Source: a bacterium (GTDB taxonomy: Bacteria > UBA8248). From it: a stretch of 64,000 bases of DNA. Location of the stretch: NCBI GenBank assembly GCA_965213625.1, contig CBDBZU010000004.1, positions 576,001-640,000 on the forward strand, in the 5' to 3' direction. Numbering within the stretch: the stretch's first letter is position 1; each line of letters begins with the position of its first letter. Both the position numbers and the translations under genes were made by a program. This document shows positions 28,727 to 38,981 of this stretch, in pieces. The notes beneath the pieces were generated by a model. It was given only the letters and a program-made list of their open reading frames with translations. It ran no database searches and was not told the origin of the DNA.

Positions 28727-29326
28727 ATGAGTTGGATCCAACCCATTTCTCCGGATGCCGCGGAGGGAGAAACAAAAGAAATAATCGAAGGCCTGCGCAA
28801 AGCGAGAAAACCCATTCCCAAAATGTTTCTGGAGATGGGCAGAAGACCAGGCATTCTGGCCGGGCGTGAAATGCTCCGCAGTTCCGTTCATGGCGGCTCG
28901 AGCCTCGGAACGAGGCGGGCTGAGTTGCTTGCCTTCTACGTGGCAGCACATGGGGGGTGATACGGCTGAGCGATGAACCACGGGCAGTTGTTCCGTGACA
29001 AATGCGATGGCGCCACAACCGTTGAAGTAGCCGAGGTGCTGGACGACCCGAAGCGCGCAGGTATCCTCGACCCCGCGGACCGCGCCATGCTCGCCTATGC
29101 GGAGAAAATCACCCATACGCCCCACCAAATGGAAAAAACGGATATCGAGCATTTGAGGCGCGTCGGTTTCAGCGAGGAAAACATCGTTGACATCATATCG
29201 GCTGCGGCCTACAGAAACTTCGCCAACACAATCAACTACGCCTTCGGGCACGTGGAGCAAAATCCCGAAGGACCCGAGGAGTTGAATGCCGCCATCCAGA
29301 GGTTGAAAAAGAGAATTCGTGTCTAA
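28727..29326 (+). CDS. AhpD/CMD-family peroxidase-related selenoprotein with UxxU motif (199 aa)
   Basis: ORFs 28727-28960 and 28973-29326 are in one frame, joined by GGG TGA TAC GGC TGA GCG ATG AAC CAC (G-U-Y-G-U-A-M-N-H) at the position of the AhpD CxxC...H motif. Confidence 0.82.
28979..28997 (+). promoter_or_regulatory. putative bacterial SECIS hairpin
   Basis: CACGGGC-AGTT-G(T)TCCGTG; the apical loop is 16 nt after UGA2 and 25 nt after UGA1, with a G in the loop and a bulged U. Confidence 0.65.
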
Positions 29327-30062
29327 TAAATCACTAGCCTTGTCATCAATCTCGTATGTGGGCCTGTTCATATCGGGCGCTTGCGCGCTGGCCGCGGCGG
29401 CATCGGGACTGGGCTATCGCTGGGGATTTTGGCATTTCAGCGCCGGGTTTCAGATTTTCAAGTCCGCATCCGTTATCGCTCTGATCTCAGTCGCCGTATC
29501 CATGGCAGGTGGGCTATTTGCCCTGCGCGACGCCTCGAGATTGAGAACCGTCTGCGCCGCTCTCGGCATCGCGCTGGGTTTTACCGTAGCAGGATTTCTG
29601 TATTCGCACATGCAAATTGCGAGACGGGTGCCCAAGATTCACGACATCACCACGGACACCCGAAACCCTCCCGCTTTTCAAACCGTTCTTCCACTCAGAA
29701 AAGGAGCGAAAAACCCTCCTGGGTATGAGGGTGTGCGCATTGCGCGGCTCCAGATAAAAGCGTATCCAGACATCAAGCCAGTCATATTCCGGGATTCAAA
29801 AGAGGAAGTTTTCAAGCGCACCCTGGACGCCGCACGCGCTATGGATTGGCATGTGGTGTCATCAAAACCGACCGCAGGACGCATCGAGGCCTATGACTCG
29901 ACTTTCTGGTACGGCTTCATCGACGACATCGTTATACGGATCACGTCGAGTAACGGATCGACGCGCCTCGATATCCGCTCGAAATCCCGCGTCGGCGTCG
30001 GCGACATCGGTGCGAATGCCAGACGAATTCGCGGATTTTTCGAAAAGCTGAAAGTGAGATAG
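29319..30062 (+). CDS. DUF1499 domain membrane protein
   Basis: Three TM helices, IHDITTD, YPDIKP, GFIDD and DIRSKSRVG.GDIGANARRI motifs. Confidence 0.85.
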   Translation: MSNKSLALSSISYVGLFISGACALAAAASGLGYRWGFWHFSAGFQIFKSASVIALISVAVSMAGGLFALRDASRLRTVCAALGIALGFTVAGFLYSHMQIARRVPKIHDITTDTRNPPAFQTVLPLRKGAKNPPGYEGVRIARLQIKAYPDIKPVIFRDSKEEVFKRTLDAARAMDWHVVSSKPTAGRIEAYDSTFWYGFIDDIVIRITSSNGSTRLDIRSKSRVGVGDIGANARRIRGFFEKLKVR

Positions 30063-30134
30063 ACTCAAACAACCTACTATAATCGGCGAGCTTCGTCGTG
30101 GATTAATTCCTTCCAATGCATGATGAGGGATCAC

Positions 30135-32462
30135 ATGCCCGACTATCAGGTTCTTGGCAAATCCATTCCGAGACTCGATTCCGTTGAAAAGGTTTCCGGA
30201 TTTGCAGATTTTGGCGATGATTTGAGGAGGCCCGGCTGCCTAACCGCAAAATTACTCCTGAGTCCACACCCCCATGCCGAGATCAAGAAAATCGATATTA
30301 CCGATGCCTTGAAAGTTCCCGGCGTGCACGCCGTTGTCACGGCGGGTGATTTCTCAGGCATTCGCCACGGCCGGCTCGTGCGCGATGAACCACTTCTGGC
30401 CATCGACAAAGTGCTTTACGTCGGCGAGCGCGTGGCCGCCGTAGCCGCCGAAACCCCCGAAGCCGCGCAAGCCGCGCTCGAGAAAATTCGTGTCGATTAC
30501 AAGGTGCTCCCCGCCGTGTTCACGACGGATGACGCCCTGAAAGACGACGCCTCGCTTCTGCACAACTCTCTGGATGATTACGCATCGTTTCCGGGTATCG
30601 TGCGCTATGGAAACGTGGCCGCCGATATTCTCATTCAATCCGGTGATCCCATAGAAAACGCGCTTGCTCGCGCCGACTTCGTTTTCGAGGACGAATACGA
30701 AACACCCCGCGTTCACCAGAACTATTTAGAGCCCCGCGCCATGCTTGCAGAACCCGGACCCGAGGACAGCACCATAGTCTATTCGCCCACCCAAGCGCCT
30801 TTCGTAGTGCGCGCCATCGCCTCGGAAATACTCGAACTTCCCATGAACAAACTACGCATCGTGAGCACCCATGTGGGAGGCGCTTTCGGCGGCAAATCCC
30901 AACATCTGATGGAAGCGCTGGCCGTTCTTTTGAGTAGAAAATCGAACCGTCCCGTACAGCTGACACTCAACCGCGAGGAGGAAACTATTACCGGAAATCC
31001 GAGGCACGCATATCGAATGCGATATCGCACAGGCGTTACGCGGGAAGGCAAAATCATCGCGCGCCATGTGCAAATCACGTCGAACAACGGCGCCTACTGC
31101 ATGACGGGGCCGATGGTGTTGGGAAAATCCTGCTACACCAGCGCAGGACCCTACAAAATCCCGAATGTCAGGGTCGATGGGCTACTCATATATACAAATC
31201 TTCCTCCCAGCGGTTCCTACCGGGGATTGGGCGTGGCGCAGGTCGCCTTCGCCTGCGAGCGTCATACCGATCGCATCTCTTCAGAACTGGGGATGGACCC
31301 GCTCACGTTTCGACTTCTCAATGGGATGGATGAAAACGATGAAGATCCCGCGGGCACAATTCTGCAGAGCGTCAGCATCAAGGAAACGCTGGAGCGCGCG
31401 GGCAAAAAAGCAGGCTGGGGAAAACAGAAAAAGAGTCATCGGGACGATAGAATCAGGCGCGGGATGGGCATCGGCTGCGCACGCTATCCCACGGGCGGGG
31501 GAGCGTCGGGCGCCGTGGTAAAGGTGAACGAAGATGGAGGCTTGGCAGTTCTGGCTGGATGCGCCGATCTTGGTACGGGCGCAGCTACGGTGATGGCTCA
31601 GGTGGCAGCGGAAGTTCTTGGGGCAGAGGTGCAAAAGGTGAGCGTCCGCATTGCCGACACCGAAACCACGCCCTTCGACGCCATCTCTGCGGGCAGTCGT
31701 ACTACGTTCAACATGGCGCACGCGGTGCGAATGGCGGCGGAAGACGCCCGTGAGCAAATGCTACGCCAAGCGGCGCGCATGCTCGAATCATCTCCTGAGG
31801 ACCTGGACATCGGCGAGGGAAACATATTCGTGCGCGCAGCACCCGCGCGTGCAATTCCGTTTGCCGAAGTTGCGTATTCCGCAGTCTGGAAAGGTGACGG
31901 TCCCGTGACAGGCCGCGGCGCCTACCGCGGGGAGAATCCTCCTCATCGGACGGACAACGTGCGTGGTCACCCGGAACCATCGAGGCCCGGGCCTGAATTC
32001 GCCACCCAAATCGCCGAGGTCGAAGTCGACACCGAGACAGGAGAAAGCAAGGTATTGAAAATCACCAGCGCGCAGGATGTGGGCTTCGCCATGAACCCCC
32101 TCACCCTGAACGGACAGATTGAGGGTGGTATCGCCCAGGGACTGGGTTGGGCCCTCGCCGAGCAGATTCACCACGAAGGAGGCGTCATCGACCATGCGGA
32201 TTTCGAAAGCCAACTCAATCCCACAAGTTTGGACGTCTCGGAAATTACAAGCGTGATTGTGGAATCACCCGATGTGGAAGGCCCCTATGGGGCCAAAGGG
32301 GCGGGGGAGATGCCGCTCATTCCGGCTGCGCCCGCGATTGCGAACGCGATCGCAGACGCCATCGGGGACCCGGCCAACCCGAACCTCAACAAGCTGCCGA
32401 TTGCGCCGGAGGACATCGTTCGTGCGGTTCACGAAAAAAGCGCTGCCGTACCGGTTTCCTAG
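30135..32462 (+). CDS. xanthine dehydrogenase family molybdopterin-binding subunit
   Basis: SPHPHA, YLEPRA, GGAFGGK, YRGLG, GQIEGG and GAKGAGE motifs. Confidence 0.94.
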   Translation: MPDYQVLGKSIPRLDSVEKVSGFADFGDDLRRPGCLTAKLLLSPHPHAEIKKIDITDALKVPGVHAVVTAGDFSGIRHGRLVRDEPLLAIDKVLYVGERVAAVAAETPEAAQAALEKIRVDYKVLPAVFTTDDALKDDASLLHNSLDDYASFPGIVRYGNVAADILIQSGDPIENALARADFVFEDEYETPRVHQNYLEPRAMLAEPGPEDSTIVYSPTQAPFVVRAIASEILELPMNKLRIVSTHVGGAFGGKSQHLMEALAVLLSRKSNRPVQLTLNREEETITGNPRHAYRMRYRTGVTREGKIIARHVQITSNNGAYCMTGPMVLGKSCYTSAGPYKIPNVRVDGLLIYTNLPPSGSYRGLGVAQVAFACERHTDRISSELGMDPLTFRLLNGMDENDEDPAGTILQSVSIKETLERAGKKAGWGKQKKSHRDDRIRRGMGIGCARYPTGGGASGAVVKVNEDGGLAVLAGCADLGTGAATVMAQVAAEVLGAEVQKVSVRIADTETTPFDAISAGSRTTFNMAHAVRMAAEDAREQMLRQAARMLESSPEDLDIGEGNIFVRAAPARAIPFAEVAYSAVWKGDGPVTGRGAYRGENPPHRTDNVRGHPEPSRPGPEFATQIAEVEVDTETGESKVLKITSAQDVGFAMNPLTLNGQIEGGIAQGLGWALAEQIHHEGGVIDHADFESQLNPTSLDVSEITSVIVESPDVEGPYGAKGAGEMPLIPAAPAIANAIADAIGDPANPNLNKLPIAPEDIVRAVHEKSAAVPVS

Positions 32463-33745
32463 TTTTTCAGTTCGAATTTCTCATCGTAAATATCAAAACT
32501 CGATGACGCCGCGATGTCCCGTGCCTGCATGATCAATTTGCGTGACAAGCTTGAAATATCTGGATTTCTGAGGAACTCGACAAAGAAATTATGGTAAAAG
32601 GCGTCGGGCCGCACGTGAACGCGCACCCGGAGTCTGGCGACATCCTCTCTTCGACCTCTCCTGTATCGAAACGTGATGGATTTTTGAGGAGGAATGCGCG
32701 TGTCATGGATTTCACGGCTGAAATCTGTCGAGAGTTTCCGCCCGATTACGTTGATTTGCCTGGAACCCGGTATTGTTCGTCCACCCTTATCCTCGAGTTC
32801 AGTGATAACTTCCACGGTAGGCGTAATATAAGTGGGAAAATAATGACCGGCTCCCGAGTTCGTAAGCTTTATCTCGGCCATCACGATTTCCCCCTGTGCT
32901 TCTACTCCCGAAGTAACGTCGATTTGCACGGCGCCCTGGGTCATATCCTTGTCATGTATGCCCCGCCACAAATGCGCACGCCCAGGCATATGGCAATTCT
33001 GGCAAGTGACGCCCTCCTCGCCCCAAAGTGAGTCTTTCCACTCGTTATACGTATTCTGAATCGATTTCCCATTCGGGCCGGGAAATGTGTGCTGGTGACA
33101 ACCCATGCAAAATTCAGCGCGGCTGAAAAAAGGCGTGCGCTCCACACCGGCGTGCGGACCACTCTTCGTCGTGTCGTTCACCTCCTCGGGTGTTTCTATC
33201 TTCGATGGACCATACACACGCCAATCGCGTACATGGCATGCTGTGCAGGCCAGTCCATGCATCTCCAACTTTTGGTCGTGAACCGCATTTTTCCGCCAGT
33301 TCGTAATTAGGCCCGCCCCCTGCTTCGCACGCTTCTGCTGTTCCGCCAAAGGCGCATGGCACTCGTTGCAGCTTTGCGCTTCCTCGGGATTCGTCTTCCA
33401 CATGTCGACGAGCTGCCCGTATACGCCCGGACTCATCGCTTTGGCGTGAAGCGTGGTCTTCCACTGTTTGTACTGCTCGGGATGACAGCTCCCGCAACTC
33501 TCCGGCAAAAGGGAGCGTTCAGCGCCTTTGTATGATTTCGGCGCCTCGCCCATGGGAGGAATAGGATAGCGGAAGTGTTCGTTCACGAAATCCCGCCAAC
33601 GCTTCCATTTGCCGGGAATCTCATTTTTTTCAGTAGCTTCGATGGAGGGGAAGAAGCCTTTAGATAATTTCGGGAAAACAGTCGGAAACGCGAAAAGTAG
33701 CATAGATAATACGATAACCATGAATTTCAAGCGCATTTCAGACAT
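32459..33745 (-). CDS. pentaheme c-type cytochrome (c554-like)
   Basis: Five CxxCH motifs (CGSCH, CNECH, CTACH, CMGCH, CQNCH) and a signal/TM segment. Confidence 0.9.
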   Translation of the reverse strand: MSEMRLKFMVIVLSMLLFAFPTVFPKLSKGFFPSIEATEKNEIPGKWKRWRDFVNEHFRYPIPPMGEAPKSYKGAERSLLPESCGSCHPEQYKQWKTTLHAKAMSPGVYGQLVDMWKTNPEEAQSCNECHAPLAEQQKRAKQGAGLITNWRKNAVHDQKLEMHGLACTACHVRDWRVYGPSKIETPEEVNDTTKSGPHAGVERTPFFSRAEFCMGCHQHTFPGPNGKSIQNTYNEWKDSLWGEEGVTCQNCHMPGRAHLWRGIHDKDMTQGAVQIDVTSGVEAQGEIVMAEIKLTNSGAGHYFPTYITPTVEVITELEDKGGRTIPGSRQINVIGRKLSTDFSREIHDTRIPPQKSITFRYRRGRREDVARLRVRVHVRPDAFYHNFFVEFLRNPDISSLSRKLIMQARDIAASSSFDIYDEKFELKN

Positions 33746-34023
33746 CCTGCTCCGGCGGCCCGACTGTCTATCCTGTGAGCTTTCACCCTACAACACTCGT
33801 GCGGGCAAGTTATTGAAAAACCGAGAAGTTGTAGCGCTGCCCCACGCCCGTATGCATTGTGAGCTTAAAGCCCTTTTTTTCTCAACAGGCGTATTTCTAT
33901 ACAAAGTTCATGGCTCAAAATTGGGAAGTGACATCTCCCGGAATGGTTTTACTTGCTTGAGCGGATTGTATAGGTTGTCTGCCGGAATCATTAACACCCA
34001 TACCCATCTAATCGGGAGTAAAA

Positions 34024-34476
34024 ATGAATTTCGCCATTCGACCCGCCACTCTTCATGACGCAGAGAAAATCGTCCAATTCAACATCGAGATGGCCCTGGA
34101 GAGTGAAAACCTGCGCCTCGAGCCCGAGAAAGTCCGCCAGGGCGTGCAGAAATCGCTCTCCGATTCGTCGATGGGTCGATTTTATCTCGCGCACCGGGGC
34201 GATGAGATTTTAGGGCAAATCCGGGTCACCCTGGAGTGGAGCGACTGGAACAACGGTAATTACTGGTGGATCCAGAATGTTTACGTCATTCCTTCGGCGA
34301 GGAACCAGGGCGTCTACAGGGCCTTGCACCACCACGTCAAAAATCTCGCCGAACAAGCCGGCGCCTGCAGCCTCCAGCTATACGTCGACGTTCAAAACAC
34401 GGCGGCCCAGGCGGTTTACAAGAAGCTGAACATGGAGCAAAGCCATTACCTGATTTTCGAGCAGGTGGAAGGCTAG
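34024..34476 (+). CDS. GNAT family N-acetyltransferase
   Basis: EWSDW, VYV..RNQG and N..AQ..Y..L motifs. Confidence 0.9.
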   Translation: MNFAIRPATLHDAEKIVQFNIEMALESENLRLEPEKVRQGVQKSLSDSSMGRFYLAHRGDEILGQIRVTLEWSDWNNGNYWWIQNVYVIPSARNQGVYRALHHHVKNLAEQAGACSLQLYVDVQNTAAQAVYKKLNMEQSHYLIFEQVEG

Positions 34477-34518
34477 CCGGGAGGGGGGGGAGAACACGCT
34501 CTCAATCGCGTCTGGAGA

Positions 34519-35055
34519 TTACCCGCCCTCGCGATTTCTCTTGAGCGGGATGACATCCGCAGGCCTTTGCGCATCATCCCGTCGGCGTCCCCGCCAGTTG
34601 GAAGGCCAGATATAGCGCACGCGCCACAGGGTTCTGGCCGCTCCTCCCACCGCCCACGTGAGCGTGCCGCTAGCTGCGCGCGTTCTTTTCCCCAGCGAGC
34701 GAAACACTTTTTTGCCGCCTTCCTCGCCAATGGAGACGAGGCGCGACGTCGCCTCTCTCGCCGCGTCGATGGGCCGGAGGGCCTGCGCGATCACCTGGCG
34801 CAAAACCCACTTCATCATCAGGCAGAATACGAAGGAGAGCGCGAAAAAGACACCCAGCACCTGGAGGCCGCGGGCGGGCTCATCCACTATCATCACGCTC
34901 ATCTGGGCGATGCCGTAAAAAGCCAGGCCAATCATTCCCAGGCAAACGGCGATAGCGCCTCCTGAACGCACTATCAAGCGCAACATGCCGAACATCATCG
35001 TCTCCGAATGTCTTTCGGTGCCGGAAAACGCTTCTGATTCATCGAGAATACCCAT
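34519..35055 (-). CDS. hypothetical membrane protein
   Basis: Two hydrophobic helices and a basic tail; fills the gap between the GNAT gene and serS. Confidence 0.55.
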   Translation of the reverse strand: MGILDESEAFSGTERHSETMMFGMLRLIVRSGGAIAVCLGMIGLAFYGIAQMSVMIVDEPARGLQVLGVFFALSFVFCLMMKWVLRQVIAQALRPIDAAREATSRLVSIGEEGGKKVFRSLGKRTRAASGTLTWAVGGAARTLWRVRYIWPSNWRGRRRDDAQRPADVIPLKRNREGG

Positions 35056-35173
35056 TTACGCAACCAAAAGCCAGCGCGGGCGTTTCATATCCTACGCGTG
35101 TTTCCATTGACGCGCGAAACCTCTCGTTTTATGTTCACTACCCCATAACGAAACAGCATGGAGGAGCAGCAAA

Positions 35174-36457
35174 TTGTTCGACATTCGCCTCATCAGAAAC
35201 GACCCCGAAGCGGTGGCGCGCGCGCTCGCGCGAAGGGGCGGCGATTGGGACCTCTCGGGCTTACTGGAAATCGACGCCCGCAGGCGGGATTTGACCCACC
35301 AGGTCGAGAGCCGGGTGGCCGACGTGAGGAAGCGCAGCAAGCGAATCGGCGAACTCAAGCGCAACAAGGCGTCCGATGAGGAGGTGCAGGCGTTTCTGGC
35401 CGAGAACCAGCGCTTGACGGCCGAGGCGAAATCCATGGAGGGCGAACTGAGGGAACTCGAGCAAAAACAAAACGATGCGCTCCTCGAACTCCCCAACGCG
35501 CCTCATGAAACCACCCCCGAGGGCCAGTCTGCCGAGGAGAACGCCCTCGTGCGGGTCTGGGGCGAGAAGCCGGCGTTTGACTTTGAACCCAAAGCGCACG
35601 ACGAGCTGGGTGAAGCCTTAGGGATTCTCGACATGAAGCGCGCCGCCAAGATAGCGGGCGCGCGGTTTGCGCTCTACCGGGGCGCGGGCGCGCAGATGGA
35701 GCGCGCCCTCATCAACTTCATGCTCGATCTGCACACGAACGAGCACGGCTACACCGAGTGGCTCCCGCCCTTCATGGTGAACCCCGAGGCCATGACGGGC
35801 ACGGGCCAGCTGCCCAAGTTCGAGGAAGACCTCTTCCGCGTAAACGACGGAAAATACTACCTTATCCCCACCGCCGAGGTGCCCGTCACGAACATCCACC
35901 GGGAGGAAATCCTGGATGGCGGGGACTTGCCCCTGAAGTACACGGCCTATACCCCCTGCTTCAGGAGCGAGGCCGGTTCCTACGGCCAGGACACGCGCGG
36001 CCTCATCCGCCAGCACCAGTTCAACAAGGTGGAGCTCGTCAAGTTCAGCCGCCCCGAGACGAGCTACGAGGAACTCGAGAGCTTAACCTTGGACGCCGAG
36101 AAAGTGTTGAAACTACTTGGGTTGCACTACCGCGTCGTCACGCTGTGCGCGGGAGATCTGGGCTTTTCCGCCACCAAGACGTACGACATCGAGGTCTGGG
36201 TGCCGTCCCAGAACACCTACCGGGAGATATCCTCGTGCAGCAATTTCGAGGATTTCCAGGCGCGCCGCGCGGGCATCCGCTACCGGCCCGGTGCGGGGGA
36301 TAAACCACTGTTCTTACACACGTTAAACGGCTCTGGTCTCGCGGTGGGGCGCACGCTCGTGGCGATTCTGGAGAACTGCCAGCGCGCGGACGGAAGCGTT
36401 GCGATTCCCGAAGCCTTGCGTCCCTACATGGGCGGAGCGGCCTCTATTCCGGCCTGA
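35174..36457 (+). CDS. serS: serine--tRNA ligase
   Basis: [32 protein letters not shown] and TLNGSGLA motifs. Confidence 0.98.
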   Translation: MFDIRLIRNDPEAVARALARRGGDWDLSGLLEIDARRRDLTHQVESRVADVRKRSKRIGELKRNKASDEEVQAFLAENQRLTAEAKSMEGELRELEQKQNDALLELPNAPHETTPEGQSAEENALVRVWGEKPAFDFEPKAHDELGEALGILDMKRAAKIAGARFALYRGAGAQMERALINFMLDLHTNEHGYTEWLPPFMVNPEAMTGTGQLPKFEEDLFRVNDGKYYLIPTAEVPVTNIHREEILDGGDLPLKYTAYTPCFRSEAGSYGQDTRGLIRQHQFNKVELVKFSRPETSYEELESLTLDAEKVLKLLGLHYRVVTLCAGDLGFSATKTYDIEVWVPSQNTYREISSCSNFEDFQARRAGIRYRPGAGDKPLFLHTLNGSGLAVGRTLVAILENCQRADGSVAIPEALRPYMGGAASIPA

Positions 36458-36553
36458 AAGCCGCGCAACTCCCCGCATTTGCCGTCAGCGCATATGTAGC
36501 GGATCGTGGCAGAATTCCCCTGCGCCGCACTTCCGCGGCGTCATTTCTCAAAG

Positions 36554-36622
36554 AATTTAATTGTCTGAAATTTATCGATATACCCCGTGAATTTATCGAT
36601 ATTTATCGTATTTTTCAGAAAA
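36554..36622 (+). repeat. AT-rich element with roughly 10-bp-periodic AATTTATCG units
   Basis: Aligns with the reverse complement of 20283-20350. Confidence 0.7.
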
Positions 36623-36939
36623 TATAATTATTTTCATTCCTTCTCATCCTGTGTCGAATTCACTTGAAGTCCTTCCTATCCCGAGACGGGTTCTGCTCTG
36701 TGCCGAAGAAAAATCAACAACGGCAATTGCGGGCAAATGCGCGGCCAGTCCGAATCTGCAAGAATCGAAGCCTTACATACTGATGCGCCTCCCCCTTCCT
36801 CTTGTCTACGGTCTGCCGCCCGGGCCGCCGATAAAGCAGAGGCCGTCCTATGCCAATTCCCGTCCACCTCGTTACCCCGCAGGCGAAGAAATGCTACTAT
36901 CCGTCCACGGAATTGGAACAGAGCCGGTCGAGGGAAACG

Positions 36940-37635
36940 ATGAAGAATTCAGGCCTCTATCGAACCTACAAGTACTGTCGATACAACCTGCTGCGCTGGC
37001 TGCCGGGGAATTGGGGGCGCTATTACCAACGCAAGTTTCGGGGTCTATATGCCAAGGTGGAATTTGACGAGGCGCTCCGCCGCTCCGAAGGCAAGACGTG
37101 CATCGATCTGGGCGCCAACATCGGCATTTACACCAGAAAGATGGCGCTTCAGGCCAAACGGGTCATCGCATTCGAACCGGACCCGTGGGCCTGCGTGGAG
37201 CTTCGCGCGGGTGTTGCGGATCTCGACAACGTCACGATTGTGAACGCGGCGGCGGGCGCGTGCGAGAAAAGAATACTTCTCTACCGGCACCCCCGCTTCG
37301 AGAACGATCCAGCCTTGTATTCGATATCGAGTTCGCTGCTCGTCACCAAGCGGGATTTCACAAAAGAAAACGCCGTCGAGGTCAGGCAGATAGACTTTAT
37401 CCGTTATCTCGAAGGTCTCAATGAAGATATCGGGATACTGAAAATCGACATCGAAGGCGCCGAGGTCGAACTGCTCGAATACTTGTTCGACCGACCGGAC
37501 GTCCTGGCGTGCATTGACAATATCTTTGTGGAAACGCACGAAAAAAGGATCCCTGCTCACAAGCAGCGGATCAACACCCTCTACGAAAAAGCCCGAAGTA
37601 TCGAACGGCCTTGCATCAACCTCTCCTGGCATTAA
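36940..37635 (+). CDS. FkbM family methyltransferase
   Basis: IDLGANIG, FEP, LKIDIEGAE and VETH motifs. Confidence 0.9.
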   Translation: MKNSGLYRTYKYCRYNLLRWLPGNWGRYYQRKFRGLYAKVEFDEALRRSEGKTCIDLGANIGIYTRKMALQAKRVIAFEPDPWACVELRAGVADLDNVTIVNAAAGACEKRILLYRHPRFENDPALYSISSSLLVTKRDFTKENAVEVRQIDFIRYLEGLNEDIGILKIDIEGAEVELLEYLFDRPDVLACIDNIFVETHEKRIPAHKQRINTLYEKARSIERPCINLSWH

Positions 37636-37991
37636 GCAGTCGGGAAGAGCGCCAGTGGAGGAAATACGCATTTGTAGGGGTTGCATATATGCAACCCTGC
37701 TTTTTTCGCCTCCCAACCACGGGCCACTTGCATGCAATGGTCGATCCCGAGCTGGGGTTGTCCCCTACAAACCTAACGTAGGGGGCAGGTCGCGCTACCG
37801 ATACGTCTCCACGCCACCCACCGCTTCTATCCCCCTCGTTACCCCATCGACGAAGAAATGCTAATATCCGCCCACGAAAAGGAATGGAATTGACTGACCT
37901 GAAGCGAAAAATGTGTTTTGCCGGATTCCATGCGGAACCTGCGAACAAACCGAAACAAAGGGGTGAAACGGTGGATATTGCGCCGCTTGCC

Positions 37992-38768
37992 ATGAAGTGC
38001 ATCGTCATCAACCTGCCTCGCGCAGAAGCCCGGCGAGATGCGATGCGCAGGCAGTTCGAGGCACTCGGCATCGAGTTCGAAATTTTCGACGCCACGGACT
38101 GGCGCGATTTGAATGAGGAAGACTGGGCCCTCGTGGACAGGAAATCCCGTGATCGAGAGGGCCGCCGCCCGCTTTCGGACGGCATGATCGCCTGCCACTT
38201 GAGCCATAGAAAGGCGCTGGGAAGCGTCGCGGAGGGGGAGGATGAACTGGCCGCCGTCTTCGAGGACGACGTAACGCTCGCGCCTGAAATTGTAGGCGCG
38301 CTCGATGCGCTTAAGCGGCTCTACACCTCGGGCTGGGAGTTCGACTTTGTTTTTCTGCATCGGCACAGCAAGGGCAAACCCTTTATGCCGCTCAAGAGGT
38401 TGGATGAGAGGGTCCGGTTGGGGATCACGAAGTTTTCTGACTGGGGGACGCAGAGTTACGTCGTTTCGAAAAAAGGGGCGAGCCGACTTCTGGAGCGCTT
38501 CCCGAAAATAGTAAACCGCACCGATCACACGCTGCATGCTTACTGGGAAAACAGGTTGAACGTCTTCTCCTTGGAAACGCCCGTCGTTTTTGATGGAAAC
38601 GAGGCGGGCGGCCATTCTTTCCTTCAGGAGGCGAAGGATTCCCGACCGAGCCGGAATTTCTCGAAAATAGGGCACCGAGTACTCAGTAATCTCAGAGAAG
38701 AGGTGCTCAAGCGCGTATACTTTTATCTCAAGGTGCGGAGCGCAAAGGGTGCCGGCGATTCAGGGTAA
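37992..38768 (+). CDS. glycosyltransferase family 25
   Basis: VINL...RR, ACHLSH, FEDD and Y.VSK.GA motifs. Confidence 0.9.
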   Translation: MKCIVINLPRAEARRDAMRRQFEALGIEFEIFDATDWRDLNEEDWALVDRKSRDREGRRPLSDGMIACHLSHRKALGSVAEGEDELAAVFEDDVTLAPEIVGALDALKRLYTSGWEFDFVFLHRHSKGKPFMPLKRLDERVRLGITKFSDWGTQSYVVSKKGASRLLERFPKIVNRTDHTLHAYWENRLNVFSLETPVVFDGNEAGGHSFLQEAKDSRPSRNFSKIGHRVLSNLREEVLKRVYFYLKVRSAKGAGDSG

Positions 38769-38981
38769 GCAGAGGCGAGACGGCGCGAACTAAGACACTG
38801 AAATGACGTTTAGCGGCTCTTAAAAAGATCGTTGCTCATTGTCAGGAAAGAATTGTAAAAAACAAATCTAACCAGTCCCTGTGAATTACCGACAGCAGCC
38901 TCTTTGGTGATTAAGGAGAACTTGCGTCAATATCGTCCGGCGGATGAGTAAAGACATCCGCCACCACGAGGGGACCCGACC

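Noticed and set aside
28727-29326. Pseudogene or two separate small genes
   Set aside because: Both stops are TGA, fall exactly on the CxxC positions, preserve the frame and are followed by a SECIS-like hairpin.
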